Source of the DNA: Hormiphora californensis | Lineage: Eukaryota > Animalia > Ctenophora | DNA: 64,000 nucleotides | Assembly (NCBI GenBank): GCA_020137815.1 | Contig: CM035356.1 | Coordinates: 1,426,001-1,490,000 of the forward strand | Reading direction: 5' to 3' | In this document: positions 1 to 15,108 of the stretch, in pieces | Layout of the letters: every line of letters starts with the position of its first letter | How positions within the stretch are numbered: position 1 is the stretch's first letter | Translations under genes and position numbers: made by a program | The notes under the pieces: model-generated | Told to the model about the DNA's origin: nothing | The model's input: the letters and a program-made list of their open reading frames with translations, nothing else | Databases searched by the model: none

Positions 1-215
1 TTATTCTTGGAGGAGAGGGCCAGAGGGAGGTGCTGCAGCAATTAACCTGCCAACTGCCATGTTCTGCAATTTTAGCAGACACTCTTCTTCAAAGAAGTAG
101 AAGCGGTGCTTTCACACGTCCCAAATATTGCACAACGTCTTAAAATGTTCCATATTTGGTAATCTTTACATAAACGTTTATTTTGTTTCCTCCTTTAAAA
201 GTTCCATTTCTCTAG

Positions 216-606
216 GAGACGGCAGACAGTTTGGAGATAGAGAGGATAGGATCTCAACATCAAGCTGGATCAGACAGTCTCCTAACATCTTCTACATTTT
301 TCAAGGTATGTTATTACTTATTTCCCCTTTCACTTCTCCGTCACCATTTCTTGAATACTTTACCCTACTGATAAGAATTCTGCAACAACGTGCACAATAC
401 ACACCTAACACCCCCGCATCTAACGACGGCTCTCTCTTCCACCCCAGATGCGCCACATGTACTTTGAGGACTGCATTGACAATGAAAAGTACAGCGGACG
501 ATTGTACGGTCTGGGAGGGTGTCTGATGCCCCACAGTCAACTGGAGAACAGGCATCACGGTCAAATGGTCAACCATAACGATCCAGAGACTACAATTTGT
601 GCTTAG
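216..606 (+). CDS. CNOT7: CCR4-NOT deadenylase CAF1/POP2 (CNOT7/8), last two exons; 5' part lies outside the window
   Basis: Not in the ORF track. Exon 216-305 (ctag|...aag|gtatgt) reads ETADSLEIERIGSQHQAGSDSLLTSSTFFK. Exon 448-606 (ccccag|) reads MRHMYFEDCIDNEKYSGRLYGLG...*. Both match the CAF1 motifs RIGxQHQAGSDSLLT and FFED.ID..KY.G.LYGLG. Confidence 0.93.
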
Positions 607-1130
607 GGGGATAGGGGATTTAGGAGGGGATAAGGTGGGTTTAGGGGGTGGATTAGGTGCTTTTCAAGGTAGGGTCGCGTGAACTGGAAGATATTTTATG
701 ATATACTAGCCACTATGCGTTATTTGAGGACCGGAAACAAGGAACGTACATTATACATACATGATATAGGTACAACCTTGGAGATGTTGTGAGGAGAGAA
801 GCTTTTGACCGATCGGACGCAGGCGTTTGAACTTCAAGGGTGTCTAGAAATATCTATAGGAGTAAGATAAGATTGGGAAACATGGTCAAAGAATAGAAGT
901 GGTTTAATAACAGGCCTATTTTTATTTACTAATTTGAAAATTGTTAATCTCACGAAATTATATGTTTACAAGAAAACCCATACCAATGTTTTACTTTCAG
1001 ATTTATATCCTTCCTACCGTTACTTCCTCCAAATTCTATCCTTCCGCGATAACTTACCGTTTCTATAAAACTCTGAAGTTGCTCGGTCGCATAAAGACCT
1101 GTCTCTTTATATTTCTCTCTACTTCAGGTG

Positions 1131-3923
1131 ATGACGATTAAAGATGGGGAGGTGTTCGAATTGTTCCAGATTCTCATTAAAACAACCGATACTTCTGATA
1201 TCACAGAGACAATTACATCAAACACAGCCACTTATCTCTCCGCTCGACCACCAACAACGTTATCTCAAGAACACACCGACTTTGTTGGATGTTGTCTCGA
1301 TTCCCTATCCCTTTTACGCCTCCCAACAGAGCCTGATTACGCGATATCAGTTTCCGAACAATCGACAATGACCCAACTATTGGAGTTGATAGCAGGGTTT
1401 GGTGTTTCAGAGTGGTGCGACAAGGGTGTTGCTCCTTTATCAAATAATAACCACTGCCGGGAAGTATCGAGACTAATGAGTTCTGCAGAGAAGAATGACA
1501 GGTTGGTTCATTTTATAAGCACCCTGATGCCTTTAGCAAGAAACAATTTCTTCAGCTACATAGTGCTTCCTTCCTCTCTCGGTTTTCTAATCGCTGCTTG
1601 TATTCAAGTCCTTTACGGTCCCCATAATCCTACTCGTCTGCAACGAATCTCCAAAGATGCGTCAGAAATAGCAAAATCCGAGTCAATCGATTTAGAAACG
1701 TTGAAGGCCACCCTCGATGAACTTCTATACCGATGCCCCAAGGCGGTGCCTGCGTTAGTTAACCTCCAGCTACCCAAAGGGAAGGACCCGCCACCACGGT
1801 GGTTGTTGGCGGTTACGAATGATCTGATGAGGCTACAGGTGACCAGACCGAATGGAGTTGTAAATGTCACACGAGCACTGTTCGAGCACTTTGGAAGTGT
1901 TCTTGCCCATGAGGATCAGGGATTTTGTGACAAAGTGTCCAGTGTTATCCTCAGTCCACCACGCAAGGACCCAGATGTTTTCATTGCCAATATAGCTGAT
2001 CAGGTAGCGACCATGCCAGATGTTCTGGGAGGAAGTGTGAAGTTGAAACAACAGTTCATGAGGATTCTAAAAAACCTCATTCACAAACTCTCGGCTGAGT
2101 ATCCAGAAGTTGCATTTCAGAAACTCTGGAGCAGGTTCTTCTACCCATGTGTATTGTACCAAATGAAATCCCCCGCCAAGACGTCGTTAACAGAGTCTGA
2201 GGTTAACAAATGGTTAGGAAACCTCGAGACACTTGCCTCCCTTGGTGTATTCCATGGAAATATGGCGGAACGTCTCGTTTCTTCCTTCCTACCGCCCCTC
2301 CTCCACCTTCTCAATCTAACTCACACAGGCATAGCACATGGGGTAAACACCCGAGTCAAGAGGATTGTGCTTGAAATGGTTAACGCATCAAGACATACCT
2401 GGTTAAACAGTTTATACGACTTCCTCACAGAGGAAACGGGTGCGGTTTGGCGTTTTGGGGATAATGGAAAAGTGAGATTGGATAAATCCCGCGAAGAAAG
2501 TAAGGGGGCACCTGGATGTAATTCTTGGAATCCAGACGATATTCTGGGAACTAATGATCACACGGTGACTGTCATCATGGAACTCCTTCGAAAACACACT
2601 GGCGAAGGAAACCCCTCGGAGCATCTGTCTGAATTTTTTATCAAGCTCTACAGAGATGTGATTGAAACGCTCCGAAAGGAAAGCGAGGAACCGGGTAGGC
2701 AGGATCGGGATAATTTTCTGGAGGTTCCAATTGATTTTCTTGACATTCAGGTTTCCCTTCGAAAGAGCCTCCTCATGTCTCAGATGTGCGAGAAGTTCGG
2801 TGAAAAACTTCTTTCTAAAACATCCCAAACTATCGAACTGTTGAAGACTATCATCGTGATGAAGGCAGACAATCCAACCATGGAAGGGGATGAAGTTGTT
2901 GTAACGAGTTTTGGAATTCTCAGCACTTACATGCGAGACGAGATCAAGCTGAGTGAGGGGGATGAAACCGAGATAAAGAGCCTTCTTGAGCCCCTCAGAC
3001 GAATCATGGACACAGCATCAGACTCACATATCGCAGGGCTAGCCAACGATTTGAGGATCTGTATAGCAACGAAGACCAACATTTCATCCCTATCCTCTTT
3101 TACAGACTGTGGAACAACAACGGGGGAAGAACATCAGAAGGAGGACTCCTTATCGGTGTTGGTGAAAGATCTTGCTGATCCACTCATCCCATCTCGAGCT
3201 CACGCCATCATGCAGATTGGAAAGCGGTTTGCTCGACGTGATCCATTTGTTCTCACTCACATTGATGTTCTGCAGAGTGTGGTACTGGATAACTTGACTC
3301 ATGATGACAGTTACGTGTTTCTCGCTGCGGCCAAGTGTCTCGCCCAAATTGCCTGGTCGGATACTAACCGGATTTTAACGGCTATAACTGGGGAGATCCA
3401 TAAGACAGGCAGGAGAGAGGATGATAGAGTGAAATGTATGGAGGTTCTGATGGATGTGGTGAAAATAACTAATGAACTACTGCCCGTGTACCAGAACCAG
3501 ATTTTCAACTGTCTCCTACACTGTACTGGAGATGAGAGCATGGTTGTAAGGGCGTCTGGGTACAGTAACATCGCTACACTTCTAAAAACTAACAAGTTTG
3601 CTGGGAATTCCCACATCCAGGAGATAGTTGGGCAGTGTGAAAAGTGTTTGTTGGGAGCGGATCCTGCTGCCTTTGTTAGGAATGCAGCTGTGCAGGTGTT
3701 AGCGGGGTTTATAGAGGTCCAGGATAGAGGAGTGTTGTATGGGATGGAGAGAGAGACTTTAATGATTTACCGGTTATTGAAGAGGGTTAGTGCAGAGGAT
3801 GGGGATGAAAGTGTGAGGTTGAAAGCACTTCAAACACTTGGGGTGCTGTCAGATATTGTCAAGGAATTCATGTTCCCTAAGCAACGAATAACACGTGACG
3901 TTAAAATTCTTGAACATTTTTAA
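1131..3923 (+). CDS. TANGO6: Transport and Golgi organization 6 / RTP1-like HEAT/ARM-repeat protein, single coding exon
   Basis: 930-aa ORF (ATG at 1131; the track starts at GTG 1128). Motifs LADPLIPSRAHAI, LTHDDSYVFLAA and PPRWL..V...L.....RPNGV are typical of TANGO6/Rtp1. Confidence 0.88.
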   Translation: MTIKDGEVFELFQILIKTTDTSDITETITSNTATYLSARPPTTLSQEHTDFVGCCLDSLSLLRLPTEPDYAISVSEQSTMTQLLELIAGFGVSEWCDKGVAPLSNNNHCREVSRLMSSAEKNDRLVHFISTLMPLARNNFFSYIVLPSSLGFLIAACIQVLYGPHNPTRLQRISKDASEIAKSESIDLETLKATLDELLYRCPKAVPALVNLQLPKGKDPPPRWLLAVTNDLMRLQVTRPNGVVNVTRALFEHFGSVLAHEDQGFCDKVSSVILSPPRKDPDVFIANIADQVATMPDVLGGSVKLKQQFMRILKNLIHKLSAEYPEVAFQKLWSRFFYPCVLYQMKSPAKTSLTESEVNKWLGNLETLASLGVFHGNMAERLVSSFLPPLLHLLNLTHTGIAHGVNTRVKRIVLEMVNASRHTWLNSLYDFLTEETGAVWRFGDNGKVRLDKSREESKGAPGCNSWNPDDILGTNDHTVTVIMELLRKHTGEGNPSEHLSEFFIKLYRDVIETLRKESEEPGRQDRDNFLEVPIDFLDIQVSLRKSLLMSQMCEKFGEKLLSKTSQTIELLKTIIVMKADNPTMEGDEVVVTSFGILSTYMRDEIKLSEGDETEIKSLLEPLRRIMDTASDSHIAGLANDLRICIATKTNISSLSSFTDCGTTTGEEHQKEDSLSVLVKDLADPLIPSRAHAIMQIGKRFARRDPFVLTHIDVLQSVVLDNLTHDDSYVFLAAAKCLAQIAWSDTNRILTAITGEIHKTGRREDDRVKCMEVLMDVVKITNELLPVYQNQIFNCLLHCTGDESMVVRASGYSNIATLLKTNKFAGNSHIQEIVGQCEKCLLGADPAAFVRNAAVQVLAGFIEVQDRGVLYGMERETLMIYRLLKRVSAEDGDESVRLKALQTLGVLSDIVKEFMFPKQRITRDVKILEHF

Positions 3924-4042
3924 CAAATTTTCTATCCAATAATTTATTTTATTTGACATAACAATATGACTGTTTTAAACCAAATTCTATTGAATTTCAT
4001 AGACATACTTAGTACTTACGTCATCCCACCTTGCAGTCTACA

Positions 4043-6771
<2,729 letters not shown>

Positions 6772-7063
6772 TGAGACGAGATCTACTGAAATTAATTTAT
6801 TGTTTTGTACACATCTTTTATGTTTTTTTCATGTTCCCAAACTAACGTCTGTTGAATTTTTACATTATTATTCCTCTATACTCTGTACCTAGTTGTCTAG
6901 TCTACCAGACCGTTCTTTAATCAAAGGACTGGACGGGGGATTGAGTTAGACAATTCTGGAAAGACAATAATGTCACCTTTACCACATAATCTAACTGCCC
7001 CCCCCCCCCCCCATTACCACTAACTACATTAAACAATATTTCCCCATTGTAGACTCCCCCACT

Positions 7064-9053
7064 ATGGCATCGAATGAGTTTGGCCAGTTGATGGTGTTCT
7101 GCGTTGCTATGTTGGTGGGATGTTTCCTAGCTGGTATGGTACCACTCAGCATGACGCTCAGTGAGGTATGGTTATTTTATTCAACAGTAGTTTTATGTGT
7201 AGTATCATCCAATGACCGGCACGTATATATTCAAAATTCATTTTATTTTTCGGCGTGGTTTATTGGGAAAGTCGAGAAGGGGGAGAGGTCGAGAAGGACG
7301 AAGGAGAAAGAGACAGCGAAATAGACAGCGAAATGAGTGCTTGAGCTACCTGTGTCAGGAATTCATAATGGTATTATGATGAATATCGAATGATTTAAAG
7401 ATTGAATATATGCCATATGGGCCTCAGAAAACGCATGAAAAAAACACTGAAAATGCAATTTGGAAGAAATATAATATTCTTGTATTTTGGAATCCTAAGA
7501 AATTGCAAACCGGTTTCTGAGCCACCTAACTGTCCTAAAAGGACTTTCCTTGGTCCAACCTGGCGGGCGGGGGGGGGGGGGTTGAGGAAGACTCAGTAAA
7601 CTCTCTTCTGTTTATTCTTCTTCTTCATCTTATACGAGGCTGTTATGTAAGGGATGTATCACATGCGGTATTTACATCTTCCAGATTCTCCTCCTAACAT
7701 CCATGCTTTCTTGAATCTAAACCTTTCCTAACAAGTAACAGACTTCCCTTTTGCAGTCGAATCTACAGTTGATGTCCTCGCTGGGTGCGGGGTTATTAGT
7801 GGGGACAGCCCTCGCAGTCATCATCCCAGAGGGAGTTACCATTTTGTTATCGGCATCACACACACATGTAGACCCCTCAACAACATTACCAAACGGTAGG
7901 TAACCATGGTAACACTTGGTGATGGTAATAAGTGTTTTATGGTAAACATTTTATCTCGTTACTGTCCTTTCACTTAATATCTTCCCATAGACCATCTAAG
8001 CACTTAGCCTCTTTCCTTTTTGGATGTCAAGCCATTATCATATCTATATTATAAAGCAGAGATGGTTGCAAGACAATTGGTTTTTTGGGGGTTTTTAGGG
8101 TTTGCACGTGGAAAATTGACATGTTGTTAGGGGTGGTTGGTGGGGTTTGGGGGGTGCACGTGCGAATGTAAAGGTTTTATAAATTTGGGGGATAATAGCT
8201 CTTTGGAAAGAGCTTGATATTATCTTTCTAATGAGCCCAAGATTTTTGAAATTGGTTGAGAAATGACCGAGTTATGAGGGAAATGGTGAAAAATGAGGGA
8301 AAATGTGGGGTTCTGAACTGTTTCAGATCACAGATTGAGAGAGGGGTGAGGGGAGTATTCATTATGGCGTTATAGGGGAGTAAATAGAGGGTGAGATGGA
8401 GTGAATAGGGGATGATATGATTCAATAGGGACCGAGGGGAGTCAATAGGGATAAGAGGGGTCTGGGGTGAGGACTGAGGACTGAGGGGAGTCAACAGGGG
8501 GAAGGGGGCGTGGAGTATGATCTCGCGACCGGAGGTGCCGCGAAGCGGCGCCGTAGGGAGCAAAGTAGGCATGAGCCCGGGATCGGGATTGAGAGGAGTC
8601 AATAGAGTGTGAGAGTTTTTTGTTCTTTTGCCTGGGCTCTCTAGTCTATATTATAAAGCAGAGAACAGTGCAAGACAAAATTTGGGGGAGGGGTTTTTAG
8701 GGCCTGCACGTGGAAAATTGACGTGTTGTTAGGGATGGTTGGTGGGGGGTTTGGGGAGTTGCCATGATGGTGGGCAAGAGTGTTAATACTGCACGTGCAT
8801 GTTGTTGGGTGTTGTATTGCGTGTTCCTGTGGTGTTTTGTGGTGTTTGGCCATCTACTGCTGAGGCCCCGATGAATGCCACAGCTTTTCTACCAATTCGT
8901 ATCCCAGCTTTAATAACTCTACACAGCTCCAGTTCTACGGATCTTTATCACCTGATTCGGTATGTTCTTCAGCTGCAGTACTCTAAAGAGTTCCCTGTAC
9001 CAGCTTCCATTATATTCACCAGCCCGATATGAAGAGACGACGATAGAGAGAAA

Positions 9054-9104
<51 letters not shown>

Positions 9105-10578
9105 AGTTGGTCCACCTGCCACCACCTCCAATCGGTTTCCCCCGGGCAACGGGGTCACACGGAGTACCTTTTCCCCATCCCCTTTTCCCCCTGTTCGATT
9201 TCCAGGTCCGTGTGGCCGCGGCTGAGCGTGGCTGTGTATCAGAAATACGGAAAAAAATCAGAAAATACAAAATACAAAAACATCTTGGCAAGGCGGCCCA
9301 CAGTGTATTATCGCCAACTATTATGTTCCTACCCCGCCTTCTCCGGCTCAGGGTTACCAGTGGAACAGGCATCTTCCAGCCAACTGTGGACCCCCAACGC
9401 CCCTTTATCCGCTAACCAATACTGTTTTTGTTCTACTAGCCCCCCTAACCCACTTCTTCCATTTTTGATAGGGTTCTACATCGGAGATGATTATTTGGAA
9501 CGGGGTGGCTGTCCTCTCTGGAGCGGGGTCAGCTGTCTTTACTGGAGCGGGGTCAGCCGTGCTCTCTGGAGCGGGGTGGCTGTCCTCTCTGGAGCGGGGT
9601 CAGCTGTCTTTACTGGAACGGGGTCAGCTGTCCTTACTGGAGCGGGGTCAGCTGTCTTTACTGGAGCGGGGTCAGCTGTCTTTACTGGAACGGGGTCAGC
9701 TGTCCTCTCTGGAACGGGGTGGCTGTCTTCTCTGGGGCGGGGTGGCTGTCTTTTCTGGAGCGGGGTCAGCTGTCCTTACTGGAGCGGGGCCAGCTGTCTT
9801 TACTGGAACGGGGTCAGCTGTCCTTACTGGAGCGGGGCCAGCTGTCTTTACTGGAACGGGGTCAGCTGTCCTTACTGGAACGGGGTCAGCTGTCTTTACT
9901 GGAACGGGGTCAGCTGTCTTTACTGGAACGGGGTCAGCTGTCCTTACTGGAACCGGGTCAGCTGTCTTCTCTGGAACGGGGTGGCTGTCTTCTCTGGAAC
10001 GGGGTCAGCTGGCTTCTCTGGATCGGGGTCAGCTGACTTTTCTGGAATGGGGTCAGCTGGCTTCTCTGGAACGGGGTCAGCTGGCTTCTCTGGAACGGGG
10101 TCGGCTGTCTTCTCTGGGACGGGGTCAGCTGGCTTCTCTGGAACGGGCTGGCTGTCCTCTCTGGCTCGACATGTAATCATCATCCATTTGTGTTATTTTT
10201 TTTTCTCGCTCGAACCCGTTCCTGCTTGTTTTAGGCTGCCTTAGATTCAGACGGTTTGCTTCTTCAGTTCCTGATAAGTTGTCTCTTCTTAGAATTCATT
10301 GTAGCAGATTGGGCTTCTTTGCAGATAGTTTAGGAGGTCTTGTGCTCCGTCACCATGAGCTTTAATCCCACTTTACTTCCCCCTTTTTAAAATCATCCCC
10401 TTTCCTTAACCCATATGTACATTGTTAAATTTACCCGTATGTACATTGTTCTACCTACCCTACCTTTACTCCGCAGGCCCTCCGGGCCCTCAGATCCAAC
10501 AGGATCCGGGTCCGGGGGATTTAACCCTGCTCTCGCATGGGGCCTCAGGGCCCCATGTGGGAGTGGTGCGTGTAGTGG

Positions 10579-10630
<52 letters not shown>

Positions 10631-13600
10631 AGAGGGGGGAGAGAATGATGAGGTTAGAGGGATAGAGTGAGAAGGGGATAGATGGAGACTATCCATTGGA
10701 GAGGGGACAGGGAAAGAGACGGAGATGGAGAGGGGGGAGAGAGAGACATAGAGACCGGGGGGGGGGTTGTTGTAGGACTCCAACTGGCTGTAAGGGGGTT
10801 ATGGGGTGAGTTGGTCAACATAGTATTGAGTATTCAATAATGTGGGACGAGAGCAGTCAGTAGATATTGAGAGGATTCGATAGGGGTGGGAGGAGTCAGT
10901 AGGGGGCGAGAGGAGTTTTGGGTCTTTTGCCTGGGCTCTCTAGTTTAGTAAATAGTAGAAGAGATATCTCTCTCTTTCTCTCAATACATGACAGCTTTTT
11001 AACTGCAAAAGGTAATAAAGGATTCTTTACCTTGGCTCTTGCGTGTATGATATATAGCTCTCTATCACCTCCCTCTATCCCTTAAAGTTTCTCTCTATGT
11101 CTCTCTCTCTCAATAACCAGCACCGCCTAGAGAGGTCTCTTCCCTCTACCCAACACCGATTAGCTCTCTCTATCCTCACTTACTATAACATCATAACTCC
11201 CCTACTGTATCATATCGCTCCCGTTCCCCTAGCCTAGCCTCGATAGTATCAAACGATAGGCAATAGTTAAGTAGTCCACAAACTAAAACATCCCCCAATC
11301 TGCTACACAAACTAATGCACAAACTATATGTTTCCTAATGTAACCCCCCCCCCCCCCAGATACTGAAGAAGATCCCCATGAATCAGCCAGCTCAATAGGC
11401 ATGGCACTTACTTGTGGATTTATTTTTATGCTATTAGTCGATCAGGTAATTCAATACGAGTAATGAGTATAATATTAGTTGGGCTCAGGCTTAGTTACAG
11501 GTAACCAGACTCTCTGTGAAAGGGCCGAGCTCCAAATTAGTAGGCACAAATTATAGACAAACAGTGCAATACAGAATCCTTATTTGAAACCCTATCTCAT
11601 TCATCGTGTGAGAGGGAGAAGATTCTCGAAGGATCTGCCATTCATATCCCCCATCTTTATGTTCTAACCACCCTCCCCCCCCCCCATGTTCTAACCCCCC
11701 CCCTTGTTTTAGATCGGTGGTGCTCATGGACACTCCCACAATGGGTCGTCAAGTAACAGTAGTAACGGCGGGGGACTGGGCCAGAAATCACTTTCAACCA
11801 TTATAGGTATATTGTCGCACACGATTTATATGGTCTAATTTAAAGATGTATAGTCTTGTTCGATTTCTTACCGATGTTTACCCATTAGCTAATGTAATGT
11901 CTCGCCAGGTCTAGTGGTTCACGCAGCGGCAGATGGAGTAGCACTGGGTGCAGCCACTCTAACAGATCGAGCTGATGTGGAGTTTATTATTTTTCTAGCA
12001 ATCATGCTGCACAAAGCACCCGCCGCTTTTGGGCTTACATCCTTCTTACTTCATGAGGTAATATTGTAAGAGTACAGCTGTACTTGGAATTAGGATGCAC
12101 TGCCAAAGAAAGTGAGGGAATTTTCTAGAAAACACACCCATAATGAATAGGTGCAGGTGTGCTTTCTAGAAAATTATCTCTATCTCTCTCTAGTACATAC
12201 AAACTAAACAAGCCCGCTGTAAATTATGGCATTATATGCCCAATATTCAATTTCATTTAAATTATGCATTTCTACTCGGTATTGATAAGACCATGTAATG
12301 TTATACATCTAACATGAGCCAGCCCGTTTACTGTCAAATTCAGATAGTTATCAATATCTGTGTTTGACAGCTAACATGCTCTCCGAAGAATGCTGATGGG
12401 TAATAAACAAAAACATTTACACTGAAAAGTGGTATTGTGTTTAATAATGTCCGTTCTGGCCTTGTCACGTGACTTACACAAAAGTGTGTTGTGTGGAGGG
12501 CGCGAACCCATATTTCCAGTCTGCCGTGGAGCTCTGTGCGCAGTGGCGCGCGCCAATCTCCAGCTGGCATCGCGCCCAATTGTAACTGTTCTTGCACAAG
12601 GAGCAAGACGGGAAGAGTTGTCCTTCAAGAGGGAGTTGAGAGTTCTCAGACAGCCGACAGCTTTAAATCTCTCTGTAGAATTTCACTATAGTCGGATTTT
12701 AAATAACTGTCGTTTCTCAAAAATAACTAAATTTGTCATATCTCATGTTCCTGATAAGATAGAGACTTGAAATTTGGAGGTTCGGAAGAACCTAGCAAGA
12801 TCATCGTAACCTCCAAATTTCAAGTCACTATCTCATCAGGAACCGGACTTAAGGTCATTTTCAGAAATTTGAAAAGTAACGACAGTTATTTAAAATCAGA
12901 CTATAAATATAATGACACACGAAGATATTTATTAATAACTCCTAATTCTTTTCAGGGAGCAGACAGAACTAGTGTGAGAAAGGTTCTGATAGTTTTCTCT
13001 CTAGCCGCTCCGGTTACTGCATTCATTACTTACATTGCCTTAACCACGGTATGTGTTACCCTTAGCCACAGTCCATTAAAGTAAGAGTGGCGCGCCGTGT
13101 TTTCTCACAAAACTTAGTGGATGAACGGAGAGTACCACCAGGACCATTGGTACGGTATCGAAAATTTCCAATTCTGTCTCGTTCATTAGTTATGACGTAA
13201 TATGTTCATTATTTAAACTTTTATAAAATCGCTCTTCAGAAAAATCCGTGCATTTTGGATTGAAATGGATGCTTGCATCGTGTTCAGCGTCAAAAAATAG
13301 CCGGGGTACCAAATTTTGGTGTCTCTACCTTGTCTGTGACGCGAGATATTGACAATTATCAAAAACGACCAAAGTGAGAGAAAGAGAGTTTGTTACAAGT
13401 GGGTGGCGCGCACAAACAACTAGCACCCAAAGATAACAAACTCTCTCACACCCATTTTGGTTGTTTTTTATATTTGTCAATATCTCGCGTCACAGACAAG
13501 GTAGAGACACCAAAATTTGGTACCCCGGCTATTTTTTGACGCTGAACACGATGCAAGCATCCATTTCAATCCAAAATGCACGGATTTTTCTGAAGAGCGA

Positions 13601-14432
13601 TTTTATAAAAGTTTAAATAATGAACATATTACGTCATAACTAATTAACGAGACAGAATTAGAAATTTTCGATACTGTACCAATGGTCCTGGTGGTACTCC
13701 CCGTTCATCCACTAAGTTTTGTGAGAAAACACGGCGCGCCACTCTTACTTTAAATTCCCAGTGCTATCTTTCCATGAACACTTTTCTTCCCAAATCGGTT
13801 CAAATAAATTAAACCCAGCCCTATCCCTCTAGATAAATGGTGGGTTGTCTCAGTTTAGTACAGGGTGGGTGATGTTGTTTAGTGCGGGGACATTCCTTTA
13901 CGTCAGCACAGTTCACGTTCTACCTGAAATCAGTAACGGGGTAAGTTGTTATAATTGAAATAATTAATTTTCGATGAACGTTAAGTGTGCTGTTGATGCC
14001 AGATGCTGTGATAAAATTGTTATTTTTTGTTTTTCCTGTCCAGTGTCCCTCTCCAGGTACACTTGTGTTGAGTGTGTAATATGTCAATTGTCAATATGTG
14101 CGTTCTATGTGTTTGTTAACAATTAGTAACTTGTTGTTGAACTTCATTTCCTGTATTGAGTGTCAACATCATTATTGTTTTTTTCTTCTATGTGTTGAAC
14201 ACACAATTTCAATCACACACTGACCCAACATCTCAAAACACTGACCCAACATCTCAAAACACTAACCCAACATCCCACTCAGGGTTCATCCTCAACGGAT
14301 AAAGTGATTGCACTTGGGGATCAGGAGATTCAGATCCACAAAAGTAGCAGTAGGATTAGCTGGGCTAACTTGGTGGCCCTATGTGGTGGAACCTTCCTAC
14401 CCGTCCTATTTAGCCAGTCCCATCATCACTGA
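7064..14432 (+). CDS. SLC39A9: ZIP-family zinc transporter, ZIP9 type
   Basis: Exons 7064-7165, 7757-7895, 11360-11445, 11713-11806, 11909-12057, 12956-13048, 13833-13940, 14283-14432. Motifs [57 protein letters not shown] and [16 protein letters not shown]. Confidence 0.94.
8043..8644 (+). mobile_element. Non-autonomous Helitron, copy 1 (ZIP9 intron 2)
   Basis: Starts A|TCTATATTATAAAGCAGAGA and ends ttttgcctgggctctCTAG. 5'-TC and CTAG-3' termini with an A/T target and no TSD. Confidence 0.75.
8645..10943 (+). mobile_element. Non-autonomous Helitron, copy 2, head-to-tail with copy 1, carrying a minisatellite
   Basis: Same 5' end (TCTATATTATAAAGCAGAGA) directly after copy 1's CTAG; same 3' end ttttgcctgggctctCTAG|T. 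The first ~120 bp are homologous to copy 1. Confidence 0.75.
9497..10165. repeat. 24-bp minisatellite (CTGGAACGGGGTCAGCTGTCTTTA variants), about 28 units
   Basis: Directly visible tandem array; it explains the repetitive ORFs at 9210, 9487 and 9719. Confidence 0.95.
12687..12904. mobile_element. Palindromic MITE (TA-flanked)
   Basis: Ends tatagtcggattttaaataactgtcgtt and aacgacagttatttaaaatcagactata. Its core (12730-12846) matches 51730-51844. Confidence 0.7.
13080..13749. mobile_element. Kolobok-like non-autonomous foldback element
   Basis: TTAA|AGTAAGAGTGGCGCGCC ... GGCGCGCCACTCTTACT|TTAA. Near-perfect inverted arms of ~290 bp, TTAA TSD, purine-purine 5' terminus. Confidence 0.85.
14218..14272. 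repeat. 21-bp tandem repeat, about 2.5 units (cactgacccaacatctcaaaa), just before the last ZIP9 acceptor
   Basis: Visible direct repeats. Confidence 0.85.
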
Positions 14433-15108
14433 GCTCCTCACTCAATATAGATCTATAAATAGCATGTTTTGCATCCTTCAACTGTCTGTGACATATTATT
14501 TGTAAATGCAGTGGTATAAAATTAAAACAATTAACACTCAATTTTGCATGTTTTTAGCAAGTTGCAAGGAATGCGGGGTATTAATAATTGTCACAAACTT
14601 AAACAGCAGGATGTGGAGAGAGCCCGTTTTATGTTAAGTTATAAGTTAATTTGTTTATAGTGATAAAGCAAATGTATGTTTCTTTTGGGTGCATGTTTCA
14701 AGCTGATGAGTATTTATTACAGTTTTAAATTGAGAATTTCAATTTCAGTCAGTTAATAACGAGTATGACTTTTGTATATCATCCTTTCTGATTAGATGAT
14801 ACTGGTGTTAGGAAACACCAACTGTATCTCGATGCCGAATATATACAAGAGCTTGCCAGAGCAAAATTAGGACGCGCAAATATAAAACGCGCGAACTTCT
14901 TTAGAATTGTGTGCGCGCGCGTAAAAATATCACATCGATCCAAAAAAAACTACAAATCTCCACAGGACTCGAACAGTTTTCAAATTTCGTCAGTCAACTT
15001 TGCTTTTGTTTCTTCTCACCTCTCGTACCGTAGTATCCGTGCATAAATAAAGGAGTAACCAGTAGGCAGAGGTATCGAATGCGCATAGAACCTTAATATC
15101 CTTGGAGA

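Noticed and set aside
128-576. ORF-track entries 128-526(+) and 301-576(-)
   Set aside because: They overlap the real CNOT7 exons in the wrong frame or strand.
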